Of a stretch of DNA of 64,000 bases, positions 1 to 11,509 are shown piece after piece; the stretch's first letter is position 1, and every line of letters begins with the position of its first letter. The notes under the pieces are model-generated. The model was not told the DNA's origin and searched no databases. It saw nothing but the letters and a program-made list of their open reading frames with translations. Origin of the DNA: an uncultured delta proteobacterium (GTDB taxonomy: Bacteria > Desulfobacterota > Desulfobacteria > Desulfobacterales > JAFDCJ01). Made by a program: the position numbers and the translations under genes. The stretch lies in the NCBI GenBank assembly GCA_963769935.1, contig CAVYNY010000036.1, forward strand, positions 1-64,000, written 5' to 3'.

Positions 1-168
1 AAGGCAATCGACCCGAACGTCAAAGGGATTGTTTCCAGTGGATATTCCGATGACCCGGGCATGACCGGATTTAAGGAGTACGGCTTCTGCGGCGTTGTCG
101 CCAAACCCTACAGTCTGGAGGAACTGGGATTGAAACTGGGTAGGGTGCTGCGTGGTAAGCCGATGTGA
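1..168 (+). CDS. C-terminal receiver (REC) domain of a response regulator or hybrid kinase (partial)
   Basis: Frame 1 reads KAIDPNVKGIVSSGYSDDPGMTGFKEYGFCGVVAKPYSLEELG..., a typical REC tail (SSGY, KPY); TGA at 166-168. Confidence 0.85.
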   Translation, partial: KAIDPNVKGIVSSGYSDDPGMTGFKEYGFCGVVAKPYSLEELGLKLGRVLRGKPM

Positions 169-263
169 GGGACCATAAAAATGATTTATTGCCGTTCCCG
201 CAGGGGATCAAGCAGCACAATACCATTTTGTGGATAGGGGCTGGATTTTACCCCTCTCGGCGA

Positions 264-1406
264 TTAAGAAAGAACCATTCTCTTTTTGATCCATTCTTTA
301 AAAAATACATCATTAAACCGGATATCCTTATCTTCAGTATCGATGATATTCTTTTTTGTTAGCAAACTAATAGACTTTTGTATTGAACCCGGGGTCCCTA
401 ATTCATTTTCAGAGACAAATTCTTTTGAGAAAATCGACCCCTCCGGTGACTTTATAATGGCTTTAAGAAAAAGCCTCTGATGCATTGACAGACCATCCCA
501 TATAGAAATGTAGTTGGCTGATTGCTCATTTATTATGCTTGTCATTACCGCATCAATATCTACTTTTTTTACGTCTTTTACCTGCAGACATCTATTCCAC
601 AAATGGTGGCAAAGGTACTGAATATTATAGGGCACATTCTCAGTTATCTCCAGTACGGAATCAAAAACCTCCTTACTAATGTTTATGGAACCTTTGGAAA
701 ATTTCGATTTAGCGAATTTCATCATTTCATTAGGCGGAATTTTGTGGAGATTCATTATATCGCCTAATTTGTAAAAGGCCCTATTCGGATCTGAAACCAT
801 ATTGTAGAGTAGATGTCGCTTGCTTCCGGCAAAAAGATAAGCAACGTTATGATGGTGTTGAAAGCCGGCCCTCATTAATTTTTCGAGTCTTTCGCCATCG
901 AGATTAACAATCTCCTGGAATTCATCAAAGACAATTACAAAATTCGTTTTTCGCCTTTCGGCAATCTTTTGCGGCACATCCAAAATCTCCGACAGCGAAT
1001 CCATGAGATCCTTGTCCTTCAATTTAATATCAACTTCGATTGAAGGCATTCCGTCATCACCTAAAATAATTTTCGGCCGAATGTTAGGAAATAAATCTTT
1101 TACAAAATCGGAAATTTTCTCGACTTTAGTCCGACTAGATCGAACAATACCTTTGGCGTATGCTTCCACCAACTCACGAAAAGAGGCTACCTTATAAAGA
1201 TCCATGTAAAAGACGAAAAGTCCCCTATTTTTAATCTGTTCGAGGGTATTAATAATAAGAGAGGTTTTTCCGTATCGCCGTGGCGAAATCAAAAAAATAT
1301 TATGCCCACCACAAAGTTCAGTCATCAGCCGTTCAATTTCATCAACTCTGTTGGTGAAATTTTCACCAGTTACCACTTCACCGTAATAAAATGGATTTAA
1401 TTTCAT
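264..1406 (-). CDS. AAA+/archaeal-type ATPase with probable C-terminal winged helix
   Basis: N-terminal NPFYYG..F.NR..E, Walker A SPRRYGKT, Walker B IVFDEFQE; visibly AT-richer than neighbours. Confidence 0.8.
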   Translation of the reverse strand: MKLNPFYYGEVVTGENFTNRVDEIERLMTELCGGHNIFLISPRRYGKTSLIINTLEQIKNRGLFVFYMDLYKVASFRELVEAYAKGIVRSSRTKVEKISDFVKDLFPNIRPKIILGDDGMPSIEVDIKLKDKDLMDSLSEILDVPQKIAERRKTNFVIVFDEFQEIVNLDGERLEKLMRAGFQHHHNVAYLFAGSKRHLLYNMVSDPNRAFYKLGDIMNLHKIPPNEMMKFAKSKFSKGSINISKEVFDSVLEITENVPYNIQYLCHHLWNRCLQVKDVKKVDIDAVMTSIINEQSANYISIWDGLSMHQRLFLKAIIKSPEGSIFSKEFVSENELGTPGSIQKSISLLTKKNIIDTEDKDIRFNDVFFKEWIKKRMVLS

Positions 1407-1433
1407 CAGTTATTCCTAATTATGCCTTTAAGA

Positions 1434-1468
1434 TTTATTCTTATTGGCATAATGCCATAAAGAATAAA
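1434..1468. promoter_or_regulatory. Imperfect palindrome (putative operator) upstream of the ATPase
   Basis: TTTATTCTTATTGGCAT-A-ATGCCATAAAGAATAAA, next to a minus-strand TTGACG at 1472-1477. Confidence 0.45.
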
Positions 1469-1746
1469 AAACGTCAATATTTTATCATGGAAATTTTAAA
1501 CCAACTGGCTAAATTTTAACCCGGATAAGCTGAAACCAAAAAAGAAATTAATCGAAAGTTGAGTGCGGTGTTGAAGGGTTGAATAAATATGAATGTTTAT
1601 TGTCCGTTGCCTTAAGTCCGTAGTCGATTGTTAGGAGAAGATTTGAATATGAATCCACACATATTCCATCCTTGATGATTATTGAATGGACATAAATCAC
1701 ACAATTGACGTTTTCCCAAAATAGAAAAGTTAATTGGGAATCGTTT

Positions 1747-1820
1747 GTCACTCCTGCGAAGTCAGGAATCCAGAAAATTCGTTAGCGGCTGGACTGGATA
1801 CCCGCCTTCGCGGGCATAAC
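1747..1820. repeat. REP-like inverted dyad
   Basis: GTCACTCCTGCGAAGTCAGGAATCCAG ... CTGGATACCCGCCTTCGCGGGCATAAC; each arm has an internal GAA/TTC-loop hairpin. Confidence 0.6.
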
Positions 1821-1844
1821 GAGAACAGCACCCCGACCCTTCAT

Positions 1845-2120
1845 TTATTTTCCTTTTAGCCCGACCAACGCCGCTTCAAACTTCTCATTGACAGCCTGCG
1901 ACATTTCAGCGGCCTCTTCTAAAAATTCTGCGGTTTTCTCATTGCCATTTGCCTTTGCTTTTTCGGCCCAATTCCTGTAATTTAAAGCATGGTCCTCATT
2001 GTGTTTGATCCAGTGGCTGATGATCTTCTTCAGCTTTTCATCAAATGGTATTTCGCCATGGGAGTCATGATCATGGTGATGGTGATCGTGATCGTGATGA
2101 TGGTGATGGTTGGTGGACAT
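1845..2120 (-). CDS. Small His-rich putative Ni/Co/Zn-binding protein
   Basis: MSTNHHHHHDHDHHHHDHDSH then a helical domain with HWIKHNEDH; AAGGAG RBS before ATG 2120. Confidence 0.75.
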   Translation of the reverse strand: MSTNHHHHHDHDHHHHDHDSHGEIPFDEKLKKIISHWIKHNEDHALNYRNWAEKAKANGNEKTAEFLEEAAEMSQAVNEKFEAALVGLKGK

Positions 2121-2396
2121 ATTTATCTCCTTTTTTTTATTGGACACAGAATTTCGCAGATTTTCACAGATCTTAAAAGCACCGAACTATATTTTTGTGT
2201 TACCAGAAAGCAACATATATCTGTCTAATCCGTGTTCATCCGTGTCCCATTTGCTGACAGCTAAAATCCAAAATGGCGTCCAGATTAACTGTTATTTACA
2301 ATTTGCATCCATCGCAGTCAAGGATGAAACCGCAGGAGGGTAACCGGCAATCGGCAGATTAAGCCGTTGTCTGGAAGGAATTGTAATATTTCCGCG

Positions 2397-4350
2397 ATGC
2401 GCTCTGTTTTAAATAAAAAAACAATTACCATCTTTATCGTCCTGCTCGCCGGATTATCGGCCGGGGTGCTGGTCGGTGCGTTCTTGGCTTTTACCCACGA
2501 TCTGCCGCAAATTCAAGACCTGGAGAACTTCAGACCGGAGGCGCGTGACCCGTATTTATTCTGCCGATAAAGTGCTGCTGTCGGAACTGTATCAGGAAAA
2601 AAGAGACCCGGTGCCGCTGGCAAGCATTCCCCGTTACCTCACATCAGCGCTGGTCGCCACGGAAGACCGCAAATTTTACAGGCACAGCGGTGTCGATCTA
2701 AAAGGAATTGCCAGAGCCATCATCAAGGACATTCGGGCCGGCCAATTTGTCGAGGGTGCCAGCACAATAACCCAGCAACTCGCCAAAACATTGTTTCTGA
2801 CGTCACATAAATCAATCGTTCGGAAAATCAAAGAAGCCATCCTGGCATTTCAACTCGAACGCCGCTATACCAAAGATGAAATTTTGGGGCTGTACTTGAA
2901 TCAGGTATATTTCGGCAGCGGCGCTTACGGCGTTCAATCGGCGGCCGAAATTTTTTTCGGCAAGTCGGTTCAGGATTTGAGCCTGGCCGAATGCGCCTTG
3001 ATCGCCGGCTTGCCCAAATCTCCCTCGCGCTATTCCCCCTTGGTAAACAAAGATCTGGCGCGCCAGCGACGAGATACGGTCCTGAATCAAATGTTCACCA
3101 TGGGCATCATTTCTGATGCCGACTATCACCAGGCAATAGAGGAAGAAATTCACCTTAAAGATCGAAATAAAAATTTGAACCGGGCGCCCTATTTTGTAGA
3201 ATATGTCCAAAAAAAATTGGAAGAGATATTGGGGGCGGCCAATCTGTATAAGGGGGGGCTCTCTATTTACACGACCCTTGACTTCAAACTTCAGGAAGCA
3301 GCCGAAAAAGCCATGAGTGACGGTCTGATTGAACTGGAAAAACGAATGGATCAAAACAACATCCAACCCGCAGATCCTCAGGCTGCGCTGATATCTCTGG
3401 ATATAAAGTCAGGCGGCATTCTGACCATGGTAGGCGGAAAAAATTATTCCGAAAGCCCTTTCAATAGGGCAACAGCCGCCAGGCGCCAACCGGGGTCGGC
3501 TTTCAAACCCATCGTTTATGCCTTTGCCATCGAGCAGGGGTTCGCGCAAAACAAAATGATTCTCGATGCCCCGGTTGTTTTTAAAGGCGCGGACAAGGGC
3601 CTGGATTGGCGTCCGGAGAACTTCTCCCGGAAGTATCTTGGCGAAATAACCCTTCGCAAGGCATTGGCCATATCCCAAAACATACCGACTGTGCGGTTGA
3701 TCGAAATGCTAGGGCCCCTTTCGGTGGCTCAGTTCGCTCACCGGCTCGGCATCGAGTCGAATCTCGCGCCCGATTTATCATTGGCCCTCGGCACATCGGA
3801 GGTGTCTTTAATAAATCTGACCGCGGCCTATGCGGTCTTCCCACGGGAGGGCAAATGGATTGAACCGTTCGGCGTCGTGGCGGTTGTCGACCATCGGGGA
3901 CGAATTGTATGGAGCGCCAAGCCGCCGAAAAGGCTGGTGATGACCCGCGAGGGAGCGGCTATCATCACGAACATGCTCGAAGGTGTCGTATTGGAAGGAA
4001 CGGGCCACCAGGCAATGACCCTTAAGGCCGCCGTTGCGGGTAAAACAGGCACAACTAATAATTATAATGATGCGCTTTTTGTCGGTTTTTCACCGAACGT
4101 GGCAACCGGGGTATGGGTCGGCCGCGATTCGGATGACACCCTGGGAGACAAAGAAACCGGCGCCAAAGCAGCCCTGCCGATTTGGATTCAATTTATGCGA
4201 ACCGCCCTGGCCGGCAGATCATCCCAGCAATTTGACCTGCCGGACAATGTATGCAGGGTGATGATGGATTCGCAAACCGGATTGCTTGCGGCGCATGAAT
4301 CAAAAGAGGCCGTACCGGCCCTGTTTAAGAAAGGCACGGAGCCGAAGTGA
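2397..4350 (+). CDS. mrcA: Penicillin-binding protein 1A (one-base insertion near 2544, probably a sequencing error)
   Basis: TM anchor in ORF 2367..2570 joins ORF 2476..4350; EDRKFYRHSG, GASTITQQLAK, SAFK, SQN and KTG motifs. Confidence 0.9.
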
Positions 4351-4351
4351 T

Positions 4352-4423
4352 AAAGATGGAAGGTAAGAAGGCGAGAAGGTGGGAGGGTGGAAGGGTGCGA
4401 AGGTAAGAAGTTGAGAAGTTGAA
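4352..4423. repeat. Degenerate 8-bp tandem array (AAGGTnAG-like)
   Basis: aaggtaag aaggcgag aaggtggg agggtgga agggtgcg aaggtaag aagttgag aagttgaa. Confidence 0.75.
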
Positions 4424-4628
4424 AAATTGGGGCAAGCTCAAAGCGGATAGATCATCGTGATGGAATACGAGCAGGGGAATAGTTGGCAAGATAAATAGCT
4501 CTTGAGTTCGTGAGCGTTCAGGGAACTTATCAACCTGCCAACTCAATCAACTATGAACGATCAACTATCAACCGGCCCTTAAAGGCCTGCTGCCAATCCT
4601 GAACCATAAACCTTAAACCCTGAACCTG

Positions 4629-4674
4629 GAACCCTGCTTGTGGGGTCGTAGCGCGGAGCGCGAAGCCCCAAACC
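4629..4674. repeat. Dispersed REP-like element, copy 1
   Basis: 46 bp, one mismatch to 36501-36546. Confidence 0.85.
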
Positions 4675-4687
4675 TGATACCGTCATT

Positions 4688-5749
4688 TTAAGTATAAATT
4701 ATATTGATGGGCAAAGGAGGATATTTCCAGACGCCCGGTTTGGGTATAATATGCTGCTCACCGACGGCCAGCCAGTTCAGGTCCGGTTTAATTTCGCGCA
4801 GCTTGCCGTCTTCCGGCGGCCGGGAATGGGAAGTTTGGGCATAGGTCGCCTGGAAAATACATACAGACTCATTTGATTCGCGGTCAATGATATAGTTTTT
4901 CTTAAAAGACCGCGGGGTAATACCGTTGCTTTCCACCAGCGGCTCTAAATCCTTGTCCGGAAATTTCATTAATACCGCTTTTGACACCCCTCGCTCGGAA
5001 ATACGGATTAAGGATCTGGCCTCACTGCTGCCGGCATATACCGTGGAAATGCTCGGAATCCGTTTCATATACTGGGCGGCTACGATGGCAGCCGTTCTTC
5101 TGCCGCCGGCCATTACCGGCAGGCCATAGAATTCAAAAAATTTCTTTTGAATATCTTCAGCATATTTATCGCCTTTTTCATAGAGATCCTTGGATATGTA
5201 ACGCAGGCTCTGGGCCAGATCTTCAGCGGCATCGGCAATGGGCCAATCAATCCGCACATGAAAATGAGAAAGGCTGTAACGGTTTCTGGTGATTCCGGAA
5301 GGATCTCTCTGGATGAGCAGTGCATAATCCACGGGCAGCAGGAGCCTTAAAAAATTTCGGAAGTGGATCGACTCCAGAAATTTCCAATTGCGGTCGAAAT
5401 CATGTGAAAGCTCCAGGGTTTTAAATTTTAAAAAGTTGGTTTTGGTGGCCTTGTTGACATCAAAGAACCGAATGTACTTTTTATGCTCGTTGGACACGAT
5501 GTCTTCAACAAAGATGACAAGAAACGCATTTTGGCTTTCGTACTCCTGGTCCGGGATCCGGGCCCGGGGTTTCAGCTCGCGCTTCTCAACAAAAGGAAAC
5601 GGCTTCTGCTGGGAGACGAAGTTTTGATAGGAGTCTATCAGGGCATATTGCAGCAGGAGGTGATCCAACTCATCCCGCAGCAGTTCATAATAGGATCGTC
5701 TTAGGCGATCGGCCTTGCTCAGCTCTTCCCTGTATTTCCAGAATGCCAA
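4688..5749 (-). CDS. Hypothetical protein (353 aa)
   Basis: Long ORF with GGAG RBS and TTG start; no motif recognised. Confidence 0.75.
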   Translation of the reverse strand: MAFWKYREELSKADRLRRSYYELLRDELDHLLLQYALIDSYQNFVSQQKPFPFVEKRELKPRARIPDQEYESQNAFLVIFVEDIVSNEHKKYIRFFDVNKATKTNFLKFKTLELSHDFDRNWKFLESIHFRNFLRLLLPVDYALLIQRDPSGITRNRYSLSHFHVRIDWPIADAAEDLAQSLRYISKDLYEKGDKYAEDIQKKFFEFYGLPVMAGGRRTAAIVAAQYMKRIPSISTVYAGSSEARSLIRISERGVSKAVLMKFPDKDLEPLVESNGITPRSFKKNYIIDRESNESVCIFQATYAQTSHSRPPEDGKLREIKPDLNWLAVGEQHIIPKPGVWKYPPLPINIIYT

Positions 5750-6059
5750 TTTCTGCTCCTAATTAATCCGCCCTGAAAAATAGCACATCAAGGTTCGTAG
5801 ATTGTTCTTTGAAAACCGAGGCTTCAGGCAAGACCCGAGCGTCAGCAGATTAATTACCTTATGCTACACATATCTGTGTCTTTGTTTATTTCTAAAAATA
5901 ATTGATTGCTATTAATGTTCGTATTATAGCATGAATTTCAGAAGATAAAAAGCGGGAATTTATCGGAATTCCATTAACTTAGAGCAATCCGGCAGGAAAG
6001 GTAACTTTATCGTAAAAGTAAATGCAAAATTCGGCCGGCCTGAATCTAGGCGACAAACA

Positions 6060-6377
6060 TCAGGATTGCTTCGTCTTCCACCGCAGGAACCGTCCTATGA
6101 GACTCGATGAATTGCCGCTCTGCTTGCGTTGCTCGATGCTTTTCTTCCTGGACCATCGTTCCACAAAACTGATCATCCCTGAACGGTATGATCGATCAAT
6201 ATGTTCTTCATGAACCTTTAAGCCGGCTTGTCCTCTCAAACCCGTTCGCAGGCATTCGGTTTTGCGCTGACACTCAAAACAAGCCGGCGGTGTTTGCCTC
6301 AGACCATCGTCTCCCATCGGGAAGACGATATCGAGCTCTCCGAAGCAGTCGGGTTTATTATCCTTTGATTGGCTCAT
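6060..6377 (-). CDS. Small Cys-containing hypothetical protein
   Basis: CFG...CFEC..KTECLR, four Cys, possibly metal-binding. Confidence 0.65.
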   Translation of the reverse strand: MSQSKDNKPDCFGELDIVFPMGDDGLRQTPPACFECQRKTECLRTGLRGQAGLKVHEEHIDRSYRSGMISFVERWSRKKSIEQRKQSGNSSSLIGRFLRWKTKQS

Positions 6378-6521
6378 TGGTTGCTGGCTACTCGTTGCTG
6401 GATGCTGGATTCTAGTATTTCCTGATACCGAATTTTCGGCGCCTGCCTATTTTTCAAAGATTACCATCATTAATTTTAGGCATTTTAGGCAATTTAGTGC
6501 ATTTTAGGCATTGCTTTAAGT

Positions 6522-7265
6522 TCATTGCATCTGCGAATTAAAATCCCGCGTCATCTGAGCAATATGCCCGTGATCGGCAAAACTGAAGTAGCAATTATCC
6601 CCGATGATGATATGCTCATGAACGGTGATGCCCATCACCCGGCCTGCAAACACCAGCTGGCGGGTTATGGCAATGTCTTCGGCGGATGGTTTCGGATCCC
6701 CCGAGGGATGGTTATGCGCAAAAATAAGGGCCGCCGCTTTGTGTCGGATAGCCGAATAGACGACTTCCCGCGGGTAAACGCTGCTGGCCGTTAAGGTTCC
6801 TTTGGAATGGGTTTCGGTAGAGATTACCCGATTTTTGGAATCCAGGAAGATAATCTTGAAGTACTCACGGGATTTATCGCGGATACTGTGGTACAGGTAA
6901 TCAAAAAGATCTTTGGAGTTGTTGACCGGATTCTTGTTGATTAACTTTTTTTCAAGATAACGGTCGGACATCGCTTTTATCAGCTTGAGTCCCAGGGAAT
7001 TTTTGGGACCGATGCCGTCTATTTCGCAAAGCTCATGACCGGACGCTTCCAAAACGCCCTGCAGGGTTTTGAATCTGGCCAGCGCTGCTTTGGCTGCATC
7101 TTTGCAGTCTTTACGGGGAGTACCGAGCGTCAGTAAGAGTTCGATCACCTCATAATCATGGAATCCCTCCAACCCGGATTCAAGAAATCGCTCCCGCAAA
7201 CGCTGCCGGTGGCCCGCACCTTTGTGCTCTTTTTTCTTATCATGCTCCACTCTATTCTGCCTCAC
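6522..7265 (-). CDS. radC: RadC (JAB/MPN domain) protein, long form
   Basis: GHRQRLRERF N-terminus, HhH GIGP, HNHPSGDPKPSAED JAMM motif. Confidence 0.95.
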   Translation of the reverse strand: MRQNRVEHDKKKEHKGAGHRQRLRERFLESGLEGFHDYEVIELLLTLGTPRKDCKDAAKAALARFKTLQGVLEASGHELCEIDGIGPKNSLGLKLIKAMSDRYLEKKLINKNPVNNSKDLFDYLYHSIRDKSREYFKIIFLDSKNRVISTETHSKGTLTASSVYPREVVYSAIRHKAAALIFAHNHPSGDPKPSAEDIAITRQLVFAGRVMGITVHEHIIIGDNCYFSFADHGHIAQMTRDFNSQMQ

Positions 7266-7307
7266 CCGAAAGTTTGCAATCCCAATAAACTTGATCAGAA
7301 CTTTATA

Positions 7308-7741
7308 TTCGTTTGGATGGTTTCGATCGTTAGGTTCGTTTTGTTCGTTATGATCGTTATGATCGTTGAGATCGTTAGGATCGTTTCCTTATATGATTAG
7401 TTGATTAAGTTGGTTGATTAGGAAAAAAGGATTGAATCTGATTTCATCGAGTCAGGAAACTCCATCAACTCAAACAACCTATAAACCTATTTCACTCATT
7501 CAACTCAATCAACCTACTCAACTTAATCAACTCTTTTTACGATCAACTCTGAGCTACGAGCTATCAGCTGACACTGAAAATGCCCTCCCGCTGGCTGCCA
7601 CCTGGCTGACACCTGACACCCGACACGTGAAACCTTATGCGAAAACGCTATGCCCACAACCACCAACTCGCACCCCGTGACTCGCAACCCGCACCTCGCA
7701 ACCCGTGCTCGCAACGCGTACCTCGCAACCCGCACCCCGCC
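7308..7741. repeat. Patchwork of degenerate 9-bp and 7-bp tandem arrays
   Basis: gatcgttat/gatcgttga/gatcgttag; caactcaat; ctgacac; cgcaacc arrays. Confidence 0.75.
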
Positions 7742-8783
7742 TTACTCTTCATCCAACTCCTGCTTCAAGTCTCTTGTCATCAACCGGGTCACGGCTTCGC
7801 GAGGTGAGAGATCTTCATACAGAATACGGTAGGTCTCATGAGAAATGGGCATTTCAACCTTCAGGCTGCGCGAAAGACTGTATACGGATTTGGCGGTTTT
7901 AACCCCTTCGGCCACCATCCGCATCTGCCCCAGAATATCTTTTACCTTTTCACCCTGGCCGATTTTTTTGCCGACCGTATGATTTCGACTCAAATGACCG
8001 GTGCAGGTAAGAATTAAATCTCCAAAGCCGGCCAGACCGGTAAAGGTCCTCGGGATTGGCGCCCATTTTAACCCCCAGGCGTCGAATTTCGGTCATTCCC
8101 CGGGTGATCAGGGCGGCTCGGGTGTTCAGCCCCAGTTTCAGTCCATCGATTACACCGGCTGCAATCGCTATAACATTTTTCAACGAGCCGCCCAGTTCGA
8201 CACCAATCAGATCATCGCTGGTATAGACCCGAAAATACGGCGTGGCCAGCACCTGCTGCACCAGTGTTGCCGCATCAGGATTCTTGGATGCTGCAGTCAC
8301 GACGGTCGGCAGATTCCTGGCGACTTCGCTGGCAAAACTAGGTCCCGAGATAACCGCCAGGTGATCGGACGGAATATCGGTCAATGTTTCCCGCATCACA
8401 CCGGTCATGGTCAGATGGGTCTTATTTTCAATCCCTTTGGAAGCCGATACGATGATCGCCTCCTTTGAAATATGACTTGCCATTTTCAATGTCGTTTCCC
8501 GCAGAACATGGGAAGGAACGACTACCACCACCATATCTTTCGCGGATACCACCTCGGCAATGTCATTGGACGGATGCAAGTTGGACGAAAGCTTGATGTC
8601 CGGCAAGAAGATGGAATTCTCACCGGACGCCAGTATTTGATCTCTGACTTCCTTTTCAAACACCCACAGGTCGATGGCATATCCTTTGCCGGCCAGTAAG
8701 TTAGCCAGGGCCGTACCCCAACTTCCACCGCCCACCACCCCGACTTTAAGTTTCTGCGGGTCAATTTCATCTATTCTTGGCAT
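7742..8783 (-). CDS. gpsA: NAD(P)H-dependent glycerol-3-phosphate dehydrogenase (one-base insertion near 8052)
   Basis: GGGSWGTALA, SKGIE, GPSFA, LKNVIAIA; the other frame continues TFTGLAGFGDLILTCTGHLSRN. Confidence 0.93.
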
Positions 8784-9021
8784 AACAATTACCTATCCTG
8801 TATCCGCCGGAGGCGGAGAATTGAAGATTGCAAATTGAATATTTATGGAATTCGCTCGCTCAGCGCAGACGCATGCACCGTGTTTCGCCCAATATTTTAA
8901 TATGAACTAAATGAAACAAGTTTACATGGCATTGGGCAATAATGAAATAAAAGGATACGATGCTAACCAAGCCTTTTTATTTAAATCGATAACATACCTT
9001 AATTTTAGGCATTTTGCAACT

Positions 9022-11469
9022 TTAGGCACTTATTTCTTCTGATTCCTCCTTCTCTGCCAACCGGGCAGCTCCGACAACCCGTTCCCCGGCTTCAAGTCCC
9101 ATAAGTTTGACACCCTGGGTGTTGCGGCTGATAACCGAGATACCTTTAATGGACATCCGGATGATTTTACCGCTGTTGGTCATCAGCATCAATTCATTTT
9201 CTTCTTCAACCAGCAGGATGGAAACGACCAATCCGTTCCTCTCGCTGGTTTTAATAGAGATAACCCCCTTGCCGCCCCGTTTTTGAACGGGAAATTCGTC
9301 GATGGACGTCTGCTTGCCATAGCCGTTCTCGGTCACGGTAAACAGGGTCTGGCCGTGGCTTAGCACTTCCATTGCTACGAGTTCATCGCCGGCGGCGAGT
9401 TTCATGCCCCGCACACCGATGGACGTGCGGCCGGACGGCCGGATATCGGATTCATGAAACCGGATGGATTTGCCCATAAGCGATCCCAGGAATACATTCA
9501 AGGTGCCGTTGGTAAGTCTGGCGGCAATCAATTCATCATCGGGTTGCAGGTTCAAGGCAATGATGCCGCCCGAGCGGGGGCGGCTGAAGGACATCAGATC
9601 GGTCTTCTTTACCAGTCCGTTTTTGGTGGCCATGATCACGTGGTATCCCGGTTCAAATTCCGGAACCGGCAACACAGTGGTCAGTTTTTCGCCGGCTGAA
9701 AAATCCAGCAGATTGACGATGGCCTTGCCCAGGCTCATGCGACCGGCCTGGGGAATGTCGTAAACCTTGCACCAGTATACCTTGCCCTTATTGGTAAAGA
9801 ACATAAACGTGTGGTGGGTTGAGGCCACAAACAGGTGCTCGACAAAATCATCCTCCTTGGTCCCCATGGCAGTTTTGCCTTTTCCCCCGCGACGCTGGTT
9901 GCTATAGAGGGTTATGGGGTTGCGCTTGATATATCCCCGGGTGGAAATGGTGACAACCATATCCTCTTCGACGATCATATCTTCGACGGTGATTTCTCTT
10001 GTCTTTTCAACTATTTCCGTGCAACGGGCATCGCCGAATTCCTTTTGTATTTCACTGAGTTCATCCTTAATTATATTGAGCACCAGTCTTTCGTTGGCCA
10101 GAATTTCCTTGAATCGGGCAATATCTTTCAGCAGACTTTTATATTCTTCGACTATTTTTTCACGTTCAAGGCCGGTGAGTCTTTGCAAACGCATGTCTAA
10201 AATGGCCTGGGCCTGGACAGCCGTCAGACCGTAGCGTGCCATCAACCCCTGCTTGGCTTCAGCCGGTGATGCAGAGTTCCGAATCAGTGCAACCACATCA
10301 TCAAGATTTTCAAGGGCAATTTTCAAACCTTCCAGGATATGGGCCCGTTCTTCGGCTTTATTCAAATCAAAGCGGGTGCGACGGGTGACAATTTCCTTGC
10401 GATGCAGAATAAAGTATTCCAGAATTTCCTTCAGATTGAGCATCTCGGGCCGATTGTTGACAATGGCCAGAAATATGATGCCGAATGTGCTTTCCAGACG
10501 CGTCATCTTGTAAAGTTGGTTGATGATGACCCCGGCAATCTGGTCTCTTTTGAGCCCTATCGCAATGCGCATGCCTTCCCGGTCTGATTCGTCCCGCACG
10601 TAACTAACACCCTCGATCTGCTTGTCTCTGACCAGTTCGGCGATTTTTTCGATCAGCTTGGCTTTATTGACCTGGTAGGGCAACTGGGTGACAACAATGG
10701 TTTCTCTTTGGTTGCGCTTATCCGTTTCAACGATTATCCGGGCCCTTACTCTGATGATGCCCCGGCTGTTTTTATATGCTTCCCTGATTCCTTCCGTCCC
10801 GTAAATGATGCCGCCGGTCGGAAAGTCGGGACCGGGAACATACTGCATCAACTCCTGCCAGGAGACCTCCGGATTGTCGATGACCGCTTTAAGGGCTCCG
10901 ACAATCTCGGACAGGTTATGGGGTGGAATGTTGGTAGCCATACCAACGGCGATGCCGGACGATCCGTTAATCAAGAGGGAAGGAATTTTTGAAGGAAGCA
11001 CGGCCGGCTCGGCCAGAGACTCGTCATAATTGGGAACAAAATCGACCGTCTCTTTATCCAGGTCGGCCAGCATCTCGTGGGCCAGGCGCTGCATCCGAAT
11101 TTCAGTGTACCGCATGGCGGCCGGCGGGTCTCCGTCGACGGAGCCGAAGTTTCCCTGGCCGTCCACCAGAGGATAGCGCATCGAAAAATCCTGGGCCAGT
11201 CGCACAATCGTATCATACACGGCCGCATCCCCATGGGGATGGTATTTACCGATGACATCACCGACGATGCGGGCCGATTTTTTATATGGCTTGTTCCAGT
11301 CATTTCTGAGCTCCTGCATCGCAAAAAGAACCCGCCGGTGAACCGGCTTGAGACCGTCACGCACATCCGGCAGGGCCCGGCCGATGATCACGCTCATGGC
11401 GTAATCAAGGTATGACCTTTTCATTTCTTTTTCGATGCTGACTTCCAGTTTAGGCTCGTCTTGGATCAT
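9022..11469 (-). CDS. gyrA: DNA gyrase subunit A
   Basis: [16 protein letters not shown], catalytic AAMRYTE, GyrA-box QRRGGKG, beta-pinwheel repeats. Confidence 0.98.
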   Translation of the reverse strand: MIQDEPKLEVSIEKEMKRSYLDYAMSVIIGRALPDVRDGLKPVHRRVLFAMQELRNDWNKPYKKSARIVGDVIGKYHPHGDAAVYDTIVRLAQDFSMRYPLVDGQGNFGSVDGDPPAAMRYTEIRMQRLAHEMLADLDKETVDFVPNYDESLAEPAVLPSKIPSLLINGSSGIAVGMATNIPPHNLSEIVGALKAVIDNPEVSWQELMQYVPGPDFPTGGIIYGTEGIREAYKNSRGIIRVRARIIVETDKRNQRETIVVTQLPYQVNKAKLIEKIAELVRDKQIEGVSYVRDESDREGMRIAIGLKRDQIAGVIINQLYKMTRLESTFGIIFLAIVNNRPEMLNLKEILEYFILHRKEIVTRRTRFDLNKAEERAHILEGLKIALENLDDVVALIRNSASPAEAKQGLMARYGLTAVQAQAILDMRLQRLTGLEREKIVEEYKSLLKDIARFKEILANERLVLNIIKDELSEIQKEFGDARCTEIVEKTREITVEDMIVEEDMVVTISTRGYIKRNPITLYSNQRRGGKGKTAMGTKEDDFVEHLFVASTHHTFMFFTNKGKVYWCKVYDIPQAGRMSLGKAIVNLLDFSAGEKLTTVLPVPEFEPGYHVIMATKNGLVKKTDLMSFSRPRSGGIIALNLQPDDELIAARLTNGTLNVFLGSLMGKSIRFHESDIRPSGRTSIGVRGMKLAAGDELVAMEVLSHGQTLFTVTENGYGKQTSIDEFPVQKRGGKGVISIKTSERNGLVVSILLVEEENELMLMTNSGKIIRMSIKGISVISRNTQGVKLMGLEAGERVVGAARLAEKEESEEISA

Positions 11470-11509
11470 CTCAACTCCCACAAATATACAGTAATTGGTT
11501 ATAACTTTC

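Noticed and set aside
1548..1751. 67-aa ORF
   Set aside because: No RBS or motif; AT-rich intergenic sequence starting inside a repeat
6522..7265. radC as a mobile-element marker
   Set aside because: Long HhH-containing form in a housekeeping context; no integrase nearby
7308..7741. CRISPR array
   Set aside because: Units are 7-9 bp, degenerate and lack unique spacers; no cas genes
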